In this document: positions 1 through 10,701 of the stretch, one piece after another
Numbering within the stretch: the first letter of the stretch is position 1
Layout of the letters: the number at the start of each line of letters is the position of its first letter
Assembly: GCA_032718475.1 (NCBI GenBank)
Contig: JAUCBJ010000629.1
Location: 1-64,000, forward strand
DNA from: Nemertoderma westbladi
Taxonomy: Eukaryota; Animalia; Xenacoelomorpha
Reading direction: 5' to 3'
Length of the DNA: 64,000 bases
The notes under the pieces: generated by a model
What the model was told of the DNA's origin: nothing
The model's database searches: none
What the model saw: only the letters and a program-made list of their open reading frames with translations
Program-made: the position numbers and the translations under genes

Positions 1-2106
1 CACACCTTGCGCATGAGATACTTCAGACCTAACAGGTTGACACATTGTTACAGGGGGTGGTGGTATACCCCTTTGTGTATTTACTAATTTATCGCGTTCT
101 AGCGCGATACTTTGCTGCACTTCTTGCAACTCTAGCCTACTTTCCCTTACTGTGCCTTTGAATTGTTGAACAGTCTCCTGCATCTGTCCGAGCAGGAGAT
201 CCATCCCCCGTCGTCTCTCATCCACCCATTCGACCGCCGAAGCGGGATTCGCCAACGTTGTAGCGGGCGGACGAGGGACAACGGGCGACAAATCATGAAT
301 ATTTCGCTCGGAGTCTAGGGTATGAACTGTCTCACGGACTGTTCTGCTGGGCACAGGTAGCTTAGTGCTGTGCAAAGGGAATTGAGAAGTAGGTTCAGGG
401 AGTACAGGTGTCTCTACGACCGAAAGGGTGGCTTCGGTAACAGGCCTAATTATTTCAGGCTCATCTACTATAGTAGGGAGTCTCTCTATTGTAATTGTTT
501 GGTCTGTGGGTTCTGTACTACCTAAGTTGGTGTTATTTAGTTGCCTTCTAACAGCTGGAGGCAAATCAGGCAATTTCTGACGATGGAATGTTCTTTTGCG
601 TCCACTTAGATGAGATCTATTTCCTTTGCCTTCAGTGTCGGTGGTATCGCCTTCCTCAGATGATGTATAACCTTGTCGTTTGGGAGTAGATCGATTCATC
701 ATCTGCATATTACTAGCTGTTAACTGTTTATTAACGTTGTCTTGTCTCTCTTGAAGATTTTCCAACTCTAGTTGGGTTGTCTCTTCAGATGCCCTCCGTT
801 CTGCTTCTGCCACTGCTATTTTTCTTTCTGCTTCGGCCGCCTTTCTTTCTGCTTCTGCTGCTGCCACCTTTCTTTCCGCTTCGGCCGCCTTTCGTTCAGC
901 TTCTGCCGCTGCCACTGCCGCTGCTGCTGTCTTTCTATCTTCTATACGTTTTTTCTTTACTTGTTCTTCTTGAACCTTGGCAATGCGGAGTTGTTCATCG
1001 AATTTAGCTTGGTTCGCCGCTAACCTATCCACATCGATGGCGTCAAGCACACGCTGTGCTCCTTCACTATTAGGGCTAAGCCCCTCTAGTCTTCTCCGCA
1101 ACTCTTCATCACCTACGAAACGCTGATAGTCTGACAGATAGATGTCAATGGCATCCCTCTTATGCGGTTTCTCTGCCGTCGCTTCACTTTCCACTTGGGG
1201 AAAAGTAGCGTCTGTTGATTCTCCATGGGTTGAGCGCTCCTCCAGCTGATCTTTCCACTGAGCTGTTCCTTGAACCTGGCGACTCACCCGTTGAAACCAA
1301 GTCTTTACGGCAACTTGCAACGACGTGTCTTGTCTTCTTTTAGAAGCCTCTTCAAAGGCTGATAATATTAGCCTAATTCGTAGAATTCTTTCTCTAACTT
1401 GATAAAGCAGCTGTCCCTGCTCTTGAGGTCCTTGAGGTTGTTGTAACAGTTGTTTTTCTACTCTCTCCATAGAGCTGAAGAATCCCTGTGCGTATCCGGC
1501 TGCGGACCTCTTCCACACAGCTGGATCGATGGTTTCCTTGGCTACTCCCATCCGGTGTATGTCTTCCCAGGCAGCTTCTGATAAATCAAACGGGAGTCCG
1601 GGTCCGGGGAAGTTCCATTGCGACTCGACCATGGACTTCAGTTCTTCCCTTGTGTATCCCGCATAACTATCTTTTGTTGATCGTTGACTTCTCGCCAAAT
1701 CGATCTGGTGTTCTTCCACCGCAATCAATAACCTAGTGAGTACGGCTGCAGGAAGGATGAGAAGGGGATCCGAATAAACCGCATCCGTCATCCTTGCTCC
1801 GCGCTCGGGTGTCAGCTCTACAGTATCCTCACTACTGGAGCGGTTGGGCCGCTGAGAAATAAGTTCTTGGCTCGCGGGTTGTTGCTGTTCTGCTGCTTCT
1901 TGGTCCCGCTTGACCTGAGCTCGAGTGCCTATGATAGACCTACGATGTTGGACCAGCCTAGGTTCTGTTATTACTACAGGAGGGATGACCTTCCTCACAG
2001 TGGGAGGTGAACTGAACTTACGACTAGACGGTTCTACGCCTCTATCTGAATCGCAGATAGTTACATCTAATAAACTGTCTGACAGGTTCTGCTTAGTATC
2101 AGACAT
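1..2106 (-). CDS. Long uninterrupted ORF (>=702 aa, open at the left window edge); probable Gag/ORF1 of the LTR retrotransposon
   Basis: Manual translation from ATG at 2106 (MSDTKQNLSDSLLDVTICDS...) reaches position 1 with no stop. It is absent from the ORF track because no stop codon lies in the window. It has an Ala/Glu/Lys/Arg coiled-coil repeat (AEAERKAAEAERKVAAAEAERK, ~790-930) and a Pro/Thr-rich segment. It lies downstream of the LTR in the same orientation. No capsid or zinc-knuckle motif is visible yet, so Gag is inferred from position. Confidence 0.75.
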   Translation of the reverse strand, partial: MSDTKQNLSDSLLDVTICDSDRGVEPSSRKFSSPPTVRKVIPPVVITEPRLVQHRRSIIGTRAQVKRDQEAAEQQQPASQELISQRPNRSSSEDTVELTPERGARMTDAVYSDPLLILPAAVLTRLLIAVEEHQIDLARSQRSTKDSYAGYTREELKSMVESQWNFPGPGLPFDLSEAAWEDIHRMGVAKETIDPAVWKRSAAGYAQGFFSSMERVEKQLLQQPQGPQEQGQLLYQVRERILRIRLILSAFEEASKRRQDTSLQVAVKTWFQRVSRQVQGTAQWKDQLEERSTHGESTDATFPQVESEATAEKPHKRDAIDIYLSDYQRFVGDEELRRRLEGLSPNSEGAQRVLDAIDVDRLAANQAKFDEQLRIAKVQEEQVKKKRIEDRKTAAAAVAAAEAERKAAEAERKVAAAEAERKAAEAERKIAVAEAERRASEETTQLELENLQERQDNVNKQLTASNMQMMNRSTPKRQGYTSSEEGDTTDTEGKGNRSHLSGRKRTFHRQKLPDLPPAVRRQLNNTNLGSTEPTDQTITIERLPTIVDEPEIIRPVTEATLSVVETPVLPEPTSQFPLHSTKLPVPSRTVRETVHTLDSERNIHDLSPVVPRPPATTLANPASAVEWVDERRRGMDLLLGQMQETVQQFKGTVRESRLELQEVQQSIALERDKLVNTQRGIPPPPVTMCQPVRSEVSHAQGV

Positions 2107-2239
2107 GTTTATGGGTACAGTTGAATGTCTACTGCTGTATTACAGTCTGAGCAAGTCTAGTAACTCAGTATTAACTGCTAGCCTAGTAATTAATTACCTA
2201 TACTGCTACTCAGTGTAGCGTGATATATATATTATATTA

Positions 2240-2490
2240 GAATACCGGTATGCTTATAGTATATATAACTATATAAGTATTATTACAGACTAGGTTTATC
2301 ACAGAATACCGGTATAATTTTAGCACAAATATATATAAATATATAATAGGCCTATTGGGAATACCGGTATACAGCTTACAGTTTGTAGTATATATAATTC
2401 TGGACTAGAATTAATTACAAGTACCGGTATAATTTCAGCCGTAACTTATAGAAATAAAGATAATAGGCCTATCGTAAATACCGGTATATC
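2240..2490. repeat. Degenerate ~58-bp minisatellite anchored on the palindrome TACCGGTA (5 units) in the retroelement leader
   Basis: TACCGGTA cores near 2243, 2306, 2362, 2423 and 2479. TAATAGGCCTAT recurs in two of the linkers. Confidence 0.65.
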
Positions 2491-3433
2491 AATTATTTTA
2501 AATAATTGAATTACTGAATTTTAGGGTTACTTGGTTACTTTACTTACTTTATTACCGCTATTTGAGCAGTAGTCCAACTGATATTGAGACCTAATTTATT
2601 GTATGGTAGGCCTACTATTTATAAATCGTTAGATTTGATTTATAATATATATATATATACCCGTTTTAATGGGTTTTGTCAATGTTTGAAATAAATGTTA
2701 TTATTTCTGGGGAGTAATCACTACACAAAGTGGTGCGCTTTCAGTGAAGTGTTACTTATAGGATACTAAAACAAATAATGCTAATTTACCTAAGTTACTT
2801 AATACTACAAATTACGTACAATTCGGGTGAGATTACAATCTCTAAATAAACACAAAAATTTACAAAAACACAAAATACGAATTTTCAGGGTAATTTTACA
2901 AGAAGTCTACAAACCAGCCTAACAAAGGGTTAGAAATCTGGTTATTACAACGGACAGGGTACTGCGGTATTTGAAAATAATACGTAGTAGTAAATACACT
3001 GCGTTTTCCAGATAGGAAAATACCACCGCCTGACGACCTATAGCCATATCGCTATAGGTACTACGTTATGTATCACGGAGTGTTCCTACCTAGAAGTTAA
3101 TAGAGCTAATCGAACGTGCCTATCAACCACTTTACAACACAAATATAATGCCTACACTAATTACTTTCGGAAAGCACTGTACACTAAACCCTAAATTAGG
3201 TACGAGTACTTGTACAACAGATAATCAGTAGTTAAATATACTTGAACAGTTAAAAGAACCACGGCATCTGCTGGAGTGACCGATGCACAAAATCACCAGT
3301 CTTTACCTACGCCAAGCAGCCCGTGTAGTACCGGGGTTAATTTAACTATAGCGGTATGTATAACAAACACAATTATTGTAGGAACAAACTTGGGGAATGA
3401 ATGTTGCGAATAATCGCATAAACTCTGAATAAT

Positions 3434-4002
3434 AAATATTACGCTACGCGTACAAACTACTCAAACAAAATGCAGACCAAATACTGACAGACTACTATCA
3501 AGCCTAAATAAACTACAGGACATGCAGACTCCGAAATGATTAGGTAGTATGCGTTCTAACCCGTTAGCACGACTTATTCTTTAGTTGGGGGTTTACCTTA
3601 CAGCTTTGGCTGCCCCTACTTCCTAACCGTTCTTTATCGGACAGAGGCTCTACACACACTGCAATCCGTTCAGACCTAATAACAGCCAGACAACTATCCA
3701 GCCTACAAATTATCTAAATAAATATTATACGCTACCTGTACAGACTACACAAACAAAGTACAGACTAAACGATGGCAGACTACTCTCAAGCCTAAATAAA
3801 CTACAGGACATGCAGACTCCGAAATGATTAGGTAGTATGCGTTCTAACCCAGTAGTACGACTTATTCTTTAGTTGGGGGTTTACCTTACAGCATTGGCTG
3901 CCCCTACTTCCTAACCGTTCTTTATCGGACAGGTGATCTACATACACTGCAATCCATTCGGACTTAACAGCAATCAGACAACAACCCAGCCTACAAATTG
4001 TC
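3434..4002. repeat. Tandem duplication of ~288 bp in the retroelement leader
   Basis: AAGCCTAAATAAACTACAGGACATGCAGACTCCGAAATGATTAGG occurs at ~3500 and ~3788, with near-identical ~150-bp cores and diverged flanks. Confidence 0.9.
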
Positions 4003-4552
4003 TGTACAATATGATCAGGCTTACACGCCTTCTGTTCAATACTGGCCTACAAATAAATAAAACTGACAGAAATAAGTAAGCTCCAAAAGAAACAAGGGGT
4101 GTACAGTCCCTAATCTCTTAAACAGCCTACCGGTATACAACAATCAAATCGAATAATACTAATGTACTTATACGGGAAGTACCGGTTAGGACAGTTAGGC
4201 CTACGGACCTACAGAAGTACCGGTTCTGGCAGTTGGACCTACGGACCTACGGCAGTACCGGTTCTGGCAGTTGGGCCTACTGACCTACAGATGTACCGTT
4301 CAGGTTTACCGGTTGACCGGTACTTTCAACTTTATTGCTTACTGCAATAAAGAAGAGATATCCGTTATTGTTCGCGCTTTCAGACCTTTGGCAGTTTAAC
4401 CCGCCAAATTAGGATGTCTTATAGATAATAAATCACTTTTAGCCTATGACAAGTATTTGATTCACTACACTAGTCGAAACCAATCTGTGCGCGATCATTC
4501 ACCCGCTGGATATACCCGGGAGATTGGGTTCGACGGCTTAATCTTATTGCTA

Positions 4553-5497
4553 TGTAAGCCTAATGTATTATTCGACTGACAGTATTATATAATCTCTGAC
4601 AATATTATTCACCTTCGGGGAATATTAACAGTTCCTTTAGGACGTGGCGCTCTATCTATATAAACAGAGTTATGACTTAAACTACTCACAACGATATGGC
4701 TTAGTTATAATTCACATATATGGCGCATTCTTTAGGAAATGCTTCGTTATCAGTCTCACTCATACACAATGCTGCACAATACTGCACACTAATCTGCCGA
4801 TCTTCACTGATTTTAGTCACATATAAAAGGAACACGGACCGACTCATGTAGGGTCTATCAAATAACATTAGATTCACTTCAAACCACTTTAACATAAGTC
4901 ACAATCGTTATATATAACCTTTCTCTCTTACCTTCGGTATATCAAGAATATTGGGGTTTCGGGGTTATTTATCGTTATTCCAAATATAATAATTCATCAA
5001 CCATATTATGAAGAACCGACAGTAAATAGCAGTATAACAATATAAAAGTATGCACAGGTTGTTTGATTAGGTATGGTATGTTATGATTTGAGTTGAGATA
5101 ACGGATATATGTCCTTATAATTAAGCCTACTAGTGTTAGGCTAAAAACAGAAAAGCACAAAATATTTCCAAGCCGCTCTCTCCCTGGCTCAGGACAGAAT
5201 CTCAACACTGCACATAAAGCATTACGTGATTTCTAGGAAATTTCTCTACAAGAGCCATAAAAATGCTCTGATTGGCTGACTGAACTGAGAGACGCCGTAG
5301 AACAAAGAAAATCAACACGTATGAATATCAGCTGCTAACCGTAGTCATAGTAACTACTGTTCAAGAGTAGCTATCACCCTTTGCGTCATGGAATTGCCAT
5401 AGAATCATCAACTATGCCTTTCACAGTACACATACGGGGGAAATAGGTCTTAGATCCTCTAAAAAACACCGATACAGTAATAATACGGTCTCTTACA
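4553..5497 (-). repeat. Putative 5' LTR (945 bp)
   Basis: Perfect 6-bp terminal inverted repeat TGTAAG (4553-4558) / CTTACA (5492-5497), matching the TG...CA rule. A CCAAT-box-like AGCCAATCAG lies on the minus strand near 5268-5277. The second LTR is not in the window. Confidence 0.65.
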
Positions 5498-5897
5498 CTT
5501 ATTAAATCAACTACAGAGTATTTTAATGTAAAAATAATAAAAATAACGGGGCAATTCAGCAAAGGCTTTTACAGAGAGCCCAATACGCGTTGGCTGACTG
5601 ACTGGCGGGAGTTGCTTTGGCGCAAGTTTGTGGCGCTGCTTCCCAGCGAGTCGTTTCTTAAGTACGGCTCTATCTCCAAGATTCGTTGTAGCTGTTTCCT
5701 CACCTTTTGGATCTCACTTTGTGACATTTTATTAGGCCTACTTATAGTAGCTTCTCTAAAGCGCAATCTGGGCACTACTAGTCAGCTGACTGCCGTGAGT
5801 TGATCAGTGATTGCATGCAACTAATTGTGTCCCGTTCCACGGTTGCTTTTTAGTTTGTGTTACTTTTACATACCTACCGGTATGAAGTTTCACTTAC

Positions 5898-6057
5898 CGC
5901 ATTCCACCCGATTGGCCGTTACTATGGTGCAGCTAATAGGTTGTCCCAGCAACAGACTGAGCTCGCCAAACGATTGACCAGCCGCTATTGTCCCTATTAT
6001 CACTTGCTTCTCCCTTTGTTCCCGCTGTCCGTTTTTCAACTTGTGCATAGCCAGAAC
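5898..6057 (-). CDS. Internal exon of a cyclic nucleotide-binding domain protein (CNBD1/CNBD2-like), C-terminal half of a CNB domain
   Basis: Acceptor tgttttcag| at 6057 and donor G|GTAAGT at 5898. It encodes VLAMHKLKNGQREQREKQVIIGTIAAGQSFGELSLLLGQPISCTIVTANRVEC, which contains the CNB G-x-x-F-G-E motif. Confidence 0.88.
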
Positions 6058-6559
6058 CTGAAAACAGGCAATACAGTATAAACCCTTTAGACCCATATAT
6101 ATAGTTGTAGTAGGCCTATATGCGTGAAGATACATGTATTTACAAAATTTCCCAGAACATTCAAAATAATGTTCTAGATGGTCTGGATTGTTTGGTAATA
6201 ACCTCGCGTAGATGCGAATAAAGCGCACACTCCCATTAAATAACAACTTTTTCTAACAACTCGCAAGTCGCATTCGGTATGGTTATACAGTAGTACATAC
6301 TTGAGATTGCATGCAGCATTACGGCTTATAATGTATGCCGAGACTCTGCAAAGTAATCAATAATAATCAATTAATATACTGACAGGACTGACAAGCCTCG
6401 AGTATTATTTATCTATTAATTATCTTACAGGTACACCATTGCAGGAACATGGCTCTCCTCCATTCAGCATATTTATCAGCATAATTTATATAAGAGTCCC
6501 TTTTATTGAAAGTCTTCGAATAGGTAATCGTAATTAGTGAGGGTCATAAATCAAAGTTG

Positions 6560-6985
6560 GAGAAATTGCAATTTGGGTTTCTTCGCAAATCGAGTATACA
6601 GTATTATGTAGCTGGTCAGCTAGTGAATTAATAAATTATTATTCGAGGCAATCTACTCCAGTCTACGGCTGCCTATTGGACTTTACAAAGGCTTTCGACC
6701 TTATAGACAACGGGTCAGAGTAAAACGCGGATCCGGATCCGCGTTTTACACCTACCCTAGAGTGGACGAAGTTGTTTCTAGAACTAATTAAGAAAGGTTT
6801 AAATCCTCTAAATTTAAGATGCCTTTTATTTAAACATCGTAGATAACGTTGTTTTATACATTGGGGTTCTTCGTGTTCAGATGATTTCTCAATACGTCAG
6901 GGATCAGTTATTTCACCCATTCTATTTTTTTTTATTAGTATTAAATGTCTTAATTGGTAGACTCAAATCATATAAAGTAGGTTGT
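6560..6985 (+). pseudogene. Decayed non-LTR retrotransposon reverse transcriptase fragment
   Basis: QFGF..., ELINYYSRQSTPVYGCLLDFTKAFDLI / EWTKLFLELIKKG and RQGSVISPILF motifs, with frameshifts and an insertion. Confidence 0.75.
6708..6757. mobile_element. 50-bp palindromic mini-insertion with a 4-bp TAGA duplication
   Basis: Perfect 30-bp palindrome GTAAAACGCGGATCC-GGATCCGCGTTTTAC (6720-6749). TAGA occurs at 6704-6707 and 6758-6761. Removing the insert plus one TAGA restores the RT frame (AFDLIEWTKLF). A related arm sits at 22528-22553. Confidence 0.75.
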
Positions 6986-6989
6986 TATA

Positions 6990-8012
6990 CTAGAACGCCA
7001 TCAAGATGGCTTTAAACGAACCTGTCTTACACAGACTCCAAGAAACAGATGGGATTGGAAGATGCAAACCAAGAATGACTTGCATCAACCAAAAAACTGC
7101 CTCCCATTTAATGTAATACACATTCGCCTAGGCAAACAAATCATAATCACAATTGCTACGATGATGTGTGAAATGGTATCCATATCCGCAACCTGAGAAA
7201 CGGCCCAAAAGAGCAGTTTATTCTGCGGAGGGGTCTTTTCTGTATTAGATAAATAAAATAAAGAACACTATAATTACAGTATTTATACCTGATACATTCT
7301 CAGTTAGCCTAATAAAAACATCGGAGCAACCAATATAATGTACATGTACAAGCATCCTATGAAAGTTTGTGAAATGTTCCCTTAAGTCTACCCAACAGCC
7401 GTTGGTACCCGGCTGGCAGCCACCCTGGTTCAGTTTTATGGTTTTGTTAGTTTAATCGACAGCTGTTGTAAACGTCCCAGATATACAAAACCTACTAAGC
7501 CTTTGCATTACAATTGAGCTTAGCCTAAGTTGATGACAGTATTATAACGATGACAATTAGGCCCTATAGATACATACGATATATAAATGATGTACTGCTT
7601 GACATTACACTAACTGGCTGAATAGAGATAGAACTATAATAATACGTTTGGCATACTGTCAGATTTCAGTAGTAAGTAACCTCATAATAATTGCTAAATA
7701 TCAATCACCTGAAAAACATTTCAAGCAAGGGAGTTGTGGGTATTTAATTTCGCGTTCAATAATGTTGAAAATATGCAAATATTTCGAATATCGCACTTCG
7801 AATCGTTCCCAACTTTTTTATTCAACAACTAGACAACAATTGATAAATACTTGCGTTTACAATTTTACAATGCATGCAAGTGGTTTCAAGCCATTTGGTG
7901 AACATACATAGTGAGTGATATAGTGACATATATAGGTAAATATATCCATCGTGTTTTTGCCGGCCTCAGCTTTAGACAAAAACTACCCAGTCTAAAGACA
8001 GGTTCGTTATTA
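6990..8012 (-). mobile_element. Non-autonomous Helentron/DINE-like rolling-circle element (uninterrupted copy)
   Basis: The minus-strand 3' end is hairpin GCCATC-TT-GATGGC followed by GTTCTAG. A 14-bp subterminal inverted repeat reads AACGAACCTGTCTT (~7015) / AAGACAGGTTCGTT (~7995). An inverted homologue lies at 8748-20340. Confidence 0.65.
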
Positions 8013-10628
8013 GTAATTTCTTTTATGGTTGTTTGGCATATTCGGACGAAGTCTTATTATTATGATCTGTTGTGGGTCTACAGTATAATTATGGTAGATA
8101 TATGTGCAAATTTTTGTGTGGAATTTAATTTGAGACTAAGTATCGGTATATTTCGGTCCGTACTTAGTAAGTACGGACCGAAACCCAGACAAAAATAAAA
8201 GTAAGTGTATACCTATCCAATTCAAATGGAACCCGCCGTAAAGTTAGGATATGTGTTAATAATATTCTTACCCTGGGGTCGAGCAAGCTACGCATCTGGG
8301 TATAACTTTAGATTACAAATGTTCCCTTGGGAAAGACGTCAAACGTAAAAGGGGAGACTTTTTGGGGAAGTTAGCTAATCTCAGTCAAGAGTTTAATTTT
8401 GCTTCCCCTGAAAATCTAATACATATTCAGAAATTGTACACAACCAGATTTTGCGGGAGCCCAGTTTACAATATTTGGTATGAGGACTGTAGGAAGCTAT
8501 ACACAGGTAAGACAGGTTTGGGGCCTGCCTTTTAACAGTCACCGGTTTATAGTAGAGGACATTGTGGACTTTCTTCACCCGAACATTATGATTTGCTTCA
8601 TATTTGTAGATTTATTTTATACGTATTATTATCATCATTGTCCTTGGGCTACGCAGTTACTGCTATTCCTAAATTTACATTATGCATTAATTATACATTA
8701 TTATAATTCATTTATAATGTTTATCTTATAATGTACGAAATGAATATAATAAGGAACCTGCCTATTAATAGGCCAGGGTTGTTTTGTCAAGAGTTGAGCC
8801 GTTCAAAAATACGATGTGGTTATTTATGTGTGTATGTGTGTATAACCATCCAATATCTCAAAAACTCAAGCAGGTAAGCAACAATTTTTAACGCGACTAT
8901 TTATCAATTAGTATCTAGTTGTTGAATAAAAAAGTTGGGAACGATTCGATGTGCGATATTCGAAATATTAGCATATTATCAACATTATGGAACGCGAAAT
9001 TAAATACCGAAAACTCCACTTTTACAGCTGAACAACATTTCATTACTTATTGTCAATTGGAGTTACACATTAATTATATCGTTAATTATTGTTCTACTGT
9101 ATCTCTATTCAGTCAGTTAGTGTAACGAGAGAAAGCCGCCCCAATATTAGATTATTACAACAACATATCCATTGGGTAAGAAAGTGGAGGAGAGCCAGCC
9201 CGTCTCTTAATTTTTTACTTTATATTACGCGATCAATTTTCACTCATCTCGTCATGAACCCAACATGTATGTAACCTTTTGTTAAATTTGTTGGCTATGC
9301 GTTTGCGGTTGTTTGGGCGGAGTGTGGTAGGCCTACACTTTTCACACTTAAATATTTTGGTTGTGAAATGTTACAGGGCATAGCGATCTGAGATATTTCA
9401 TTTATATTTTATTATGAGAGGAAGAAGAACATACAACGTTATTTACTATGTAACAAAATAATTGTTTTCGGGTTTAACTTGGAAGCCTCCCCAAATAGTT
9501 GATATACAATTATATTTAAAATTATTTCCATGGTCATGGTCATTCACCCGTCTTTAGTTAGAAATTTGTTTGCATGAAAGACAGTTTAGTTTAGTTTTTA
9601 CTGATTTATTATCTCTTATCTGACTGGGGTAATAATAAAGGATAGGATAAATGGAAGCAAAGTGTGACAGTAACAAATATTTCCCCGTCACCCTAGCATG
9701 TCTTAAGTATATGATATATCAAAGGGGGAAGTTTGGATTCACTGCATAAATGCAGTTCACCAAACTTCCCCCGATTGCACACTGTAACTTCCCCCTTCCC
9801 CCAAATATCCACTGTTGAATTAATTTGAAGCGATATAATAAGTACAAAATTGTGCGAGTTTTTAATTGTGTGGTCCAATTGTTATTTGATTTCTATTTAT
9901 TATTTAAAGTGCATTTAATATCACACTCGTTTTTAGAATATTATACTATACAACCTTATGTTTTATTAATTTACCCAATCGAAGCCTCATAAGGGCCGGT
10001 TATTTGTACGCATAACCCCTAATGCGCTCAGTAAGGTTCAAACAACATATTAATATGAAAATAAAGTATCTGCAAAGAAAATAACTCAATATACTATATA
10101 ATTTGACCTTATTAAAAAATTTGCACTTTTGCACACTTATTTGTACAAATGCACTTTAGCAGATCGTAATGGTGGCTCTTATTTAACAAACTTATGTTTA
10201 TCCTCTACCGATCTACGATGGTGTATGATCAAGTGTCAGTCGCTAAAAGTGTCAAAAATCCAATTTAATAAATCTGGATTTGCGATTTTGGACCATATTC
10301 ATGGACTTTTTAAGTCACTTTATAGACATAAAAAGTTAAACAAATGTTACGATTATAGTTAGAAATCATTCCAAACTACATTTTAATCCAAAAAAAACAT
10401 TCTACGATGAATAGAACTGGAAATAATAGTGTTTGAAATATCGAAAAAATGTTCACTATTTAAGTGCATTTTGCACTAAGTGCACATAAGTCTTTTCCCA
10501 AGTTTTATCCTATTTCACACACTACAATCTATTTTCTATCCAATGAAAAAAGTTTCAGATTAAACGGCCCTGTAGAACCGAAGTTATTTATGTTTAAAAA
10601 TAGTCACTCGAAAATTTCAAATTCTCTT

Positions 10629-10701
10629 GGTCACATAGTCTAGTGGTTATCAATCACGTTAATGAAACCTAAGTTCGCGGGTTCGAAATCCAATATTGAC
10701 C
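10629..10701 (+). ncRNA. tRNA-Val-derived sequence with Pol III A/B boxes (unit 1)
   Basis: 73 nt. A box TAGTCTAGTGG, B box GGTTCGAAATCC, GGTCA/TGACC ends, oligo-T shortly downstream. The anticodon stem does not pair, so it is not a functional tRNA. Confidence 0.55.

Larger units (their letters stand above)
1..5497 (-). mobile_element. 5' portion of an LTR retrotransposon inserted downstream of the CNBD exon at 5898
   Basis: LTR-like segment bounded by TGTAAG...CTTACA, then a long leader with internal duplications, then an intact long ORF running off the window. Pol and the second LTR are not in the window. Confidence 0.7.

Noticed and set aside
772-2218. Plus-strand ORFs 772-1023, 777-1007, 1488-1736 and 1925-2218
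   Set aside because: Antisense shadows of the long minus-strand ORF.
2240-2490. CRISPR-like spacing of TACCGGTA
   Set aside because: The constant part is only ~10 bp and the linkers are related to each other, so it is a degenerate minisatellite.
5569-5775. Minus-strand ORF (MSQSEIQKVRKQLQRILE) as the next CNBD exon
   Set aside because: No convincing acceptor of the right phase and no recognisable homology; left uncalled.
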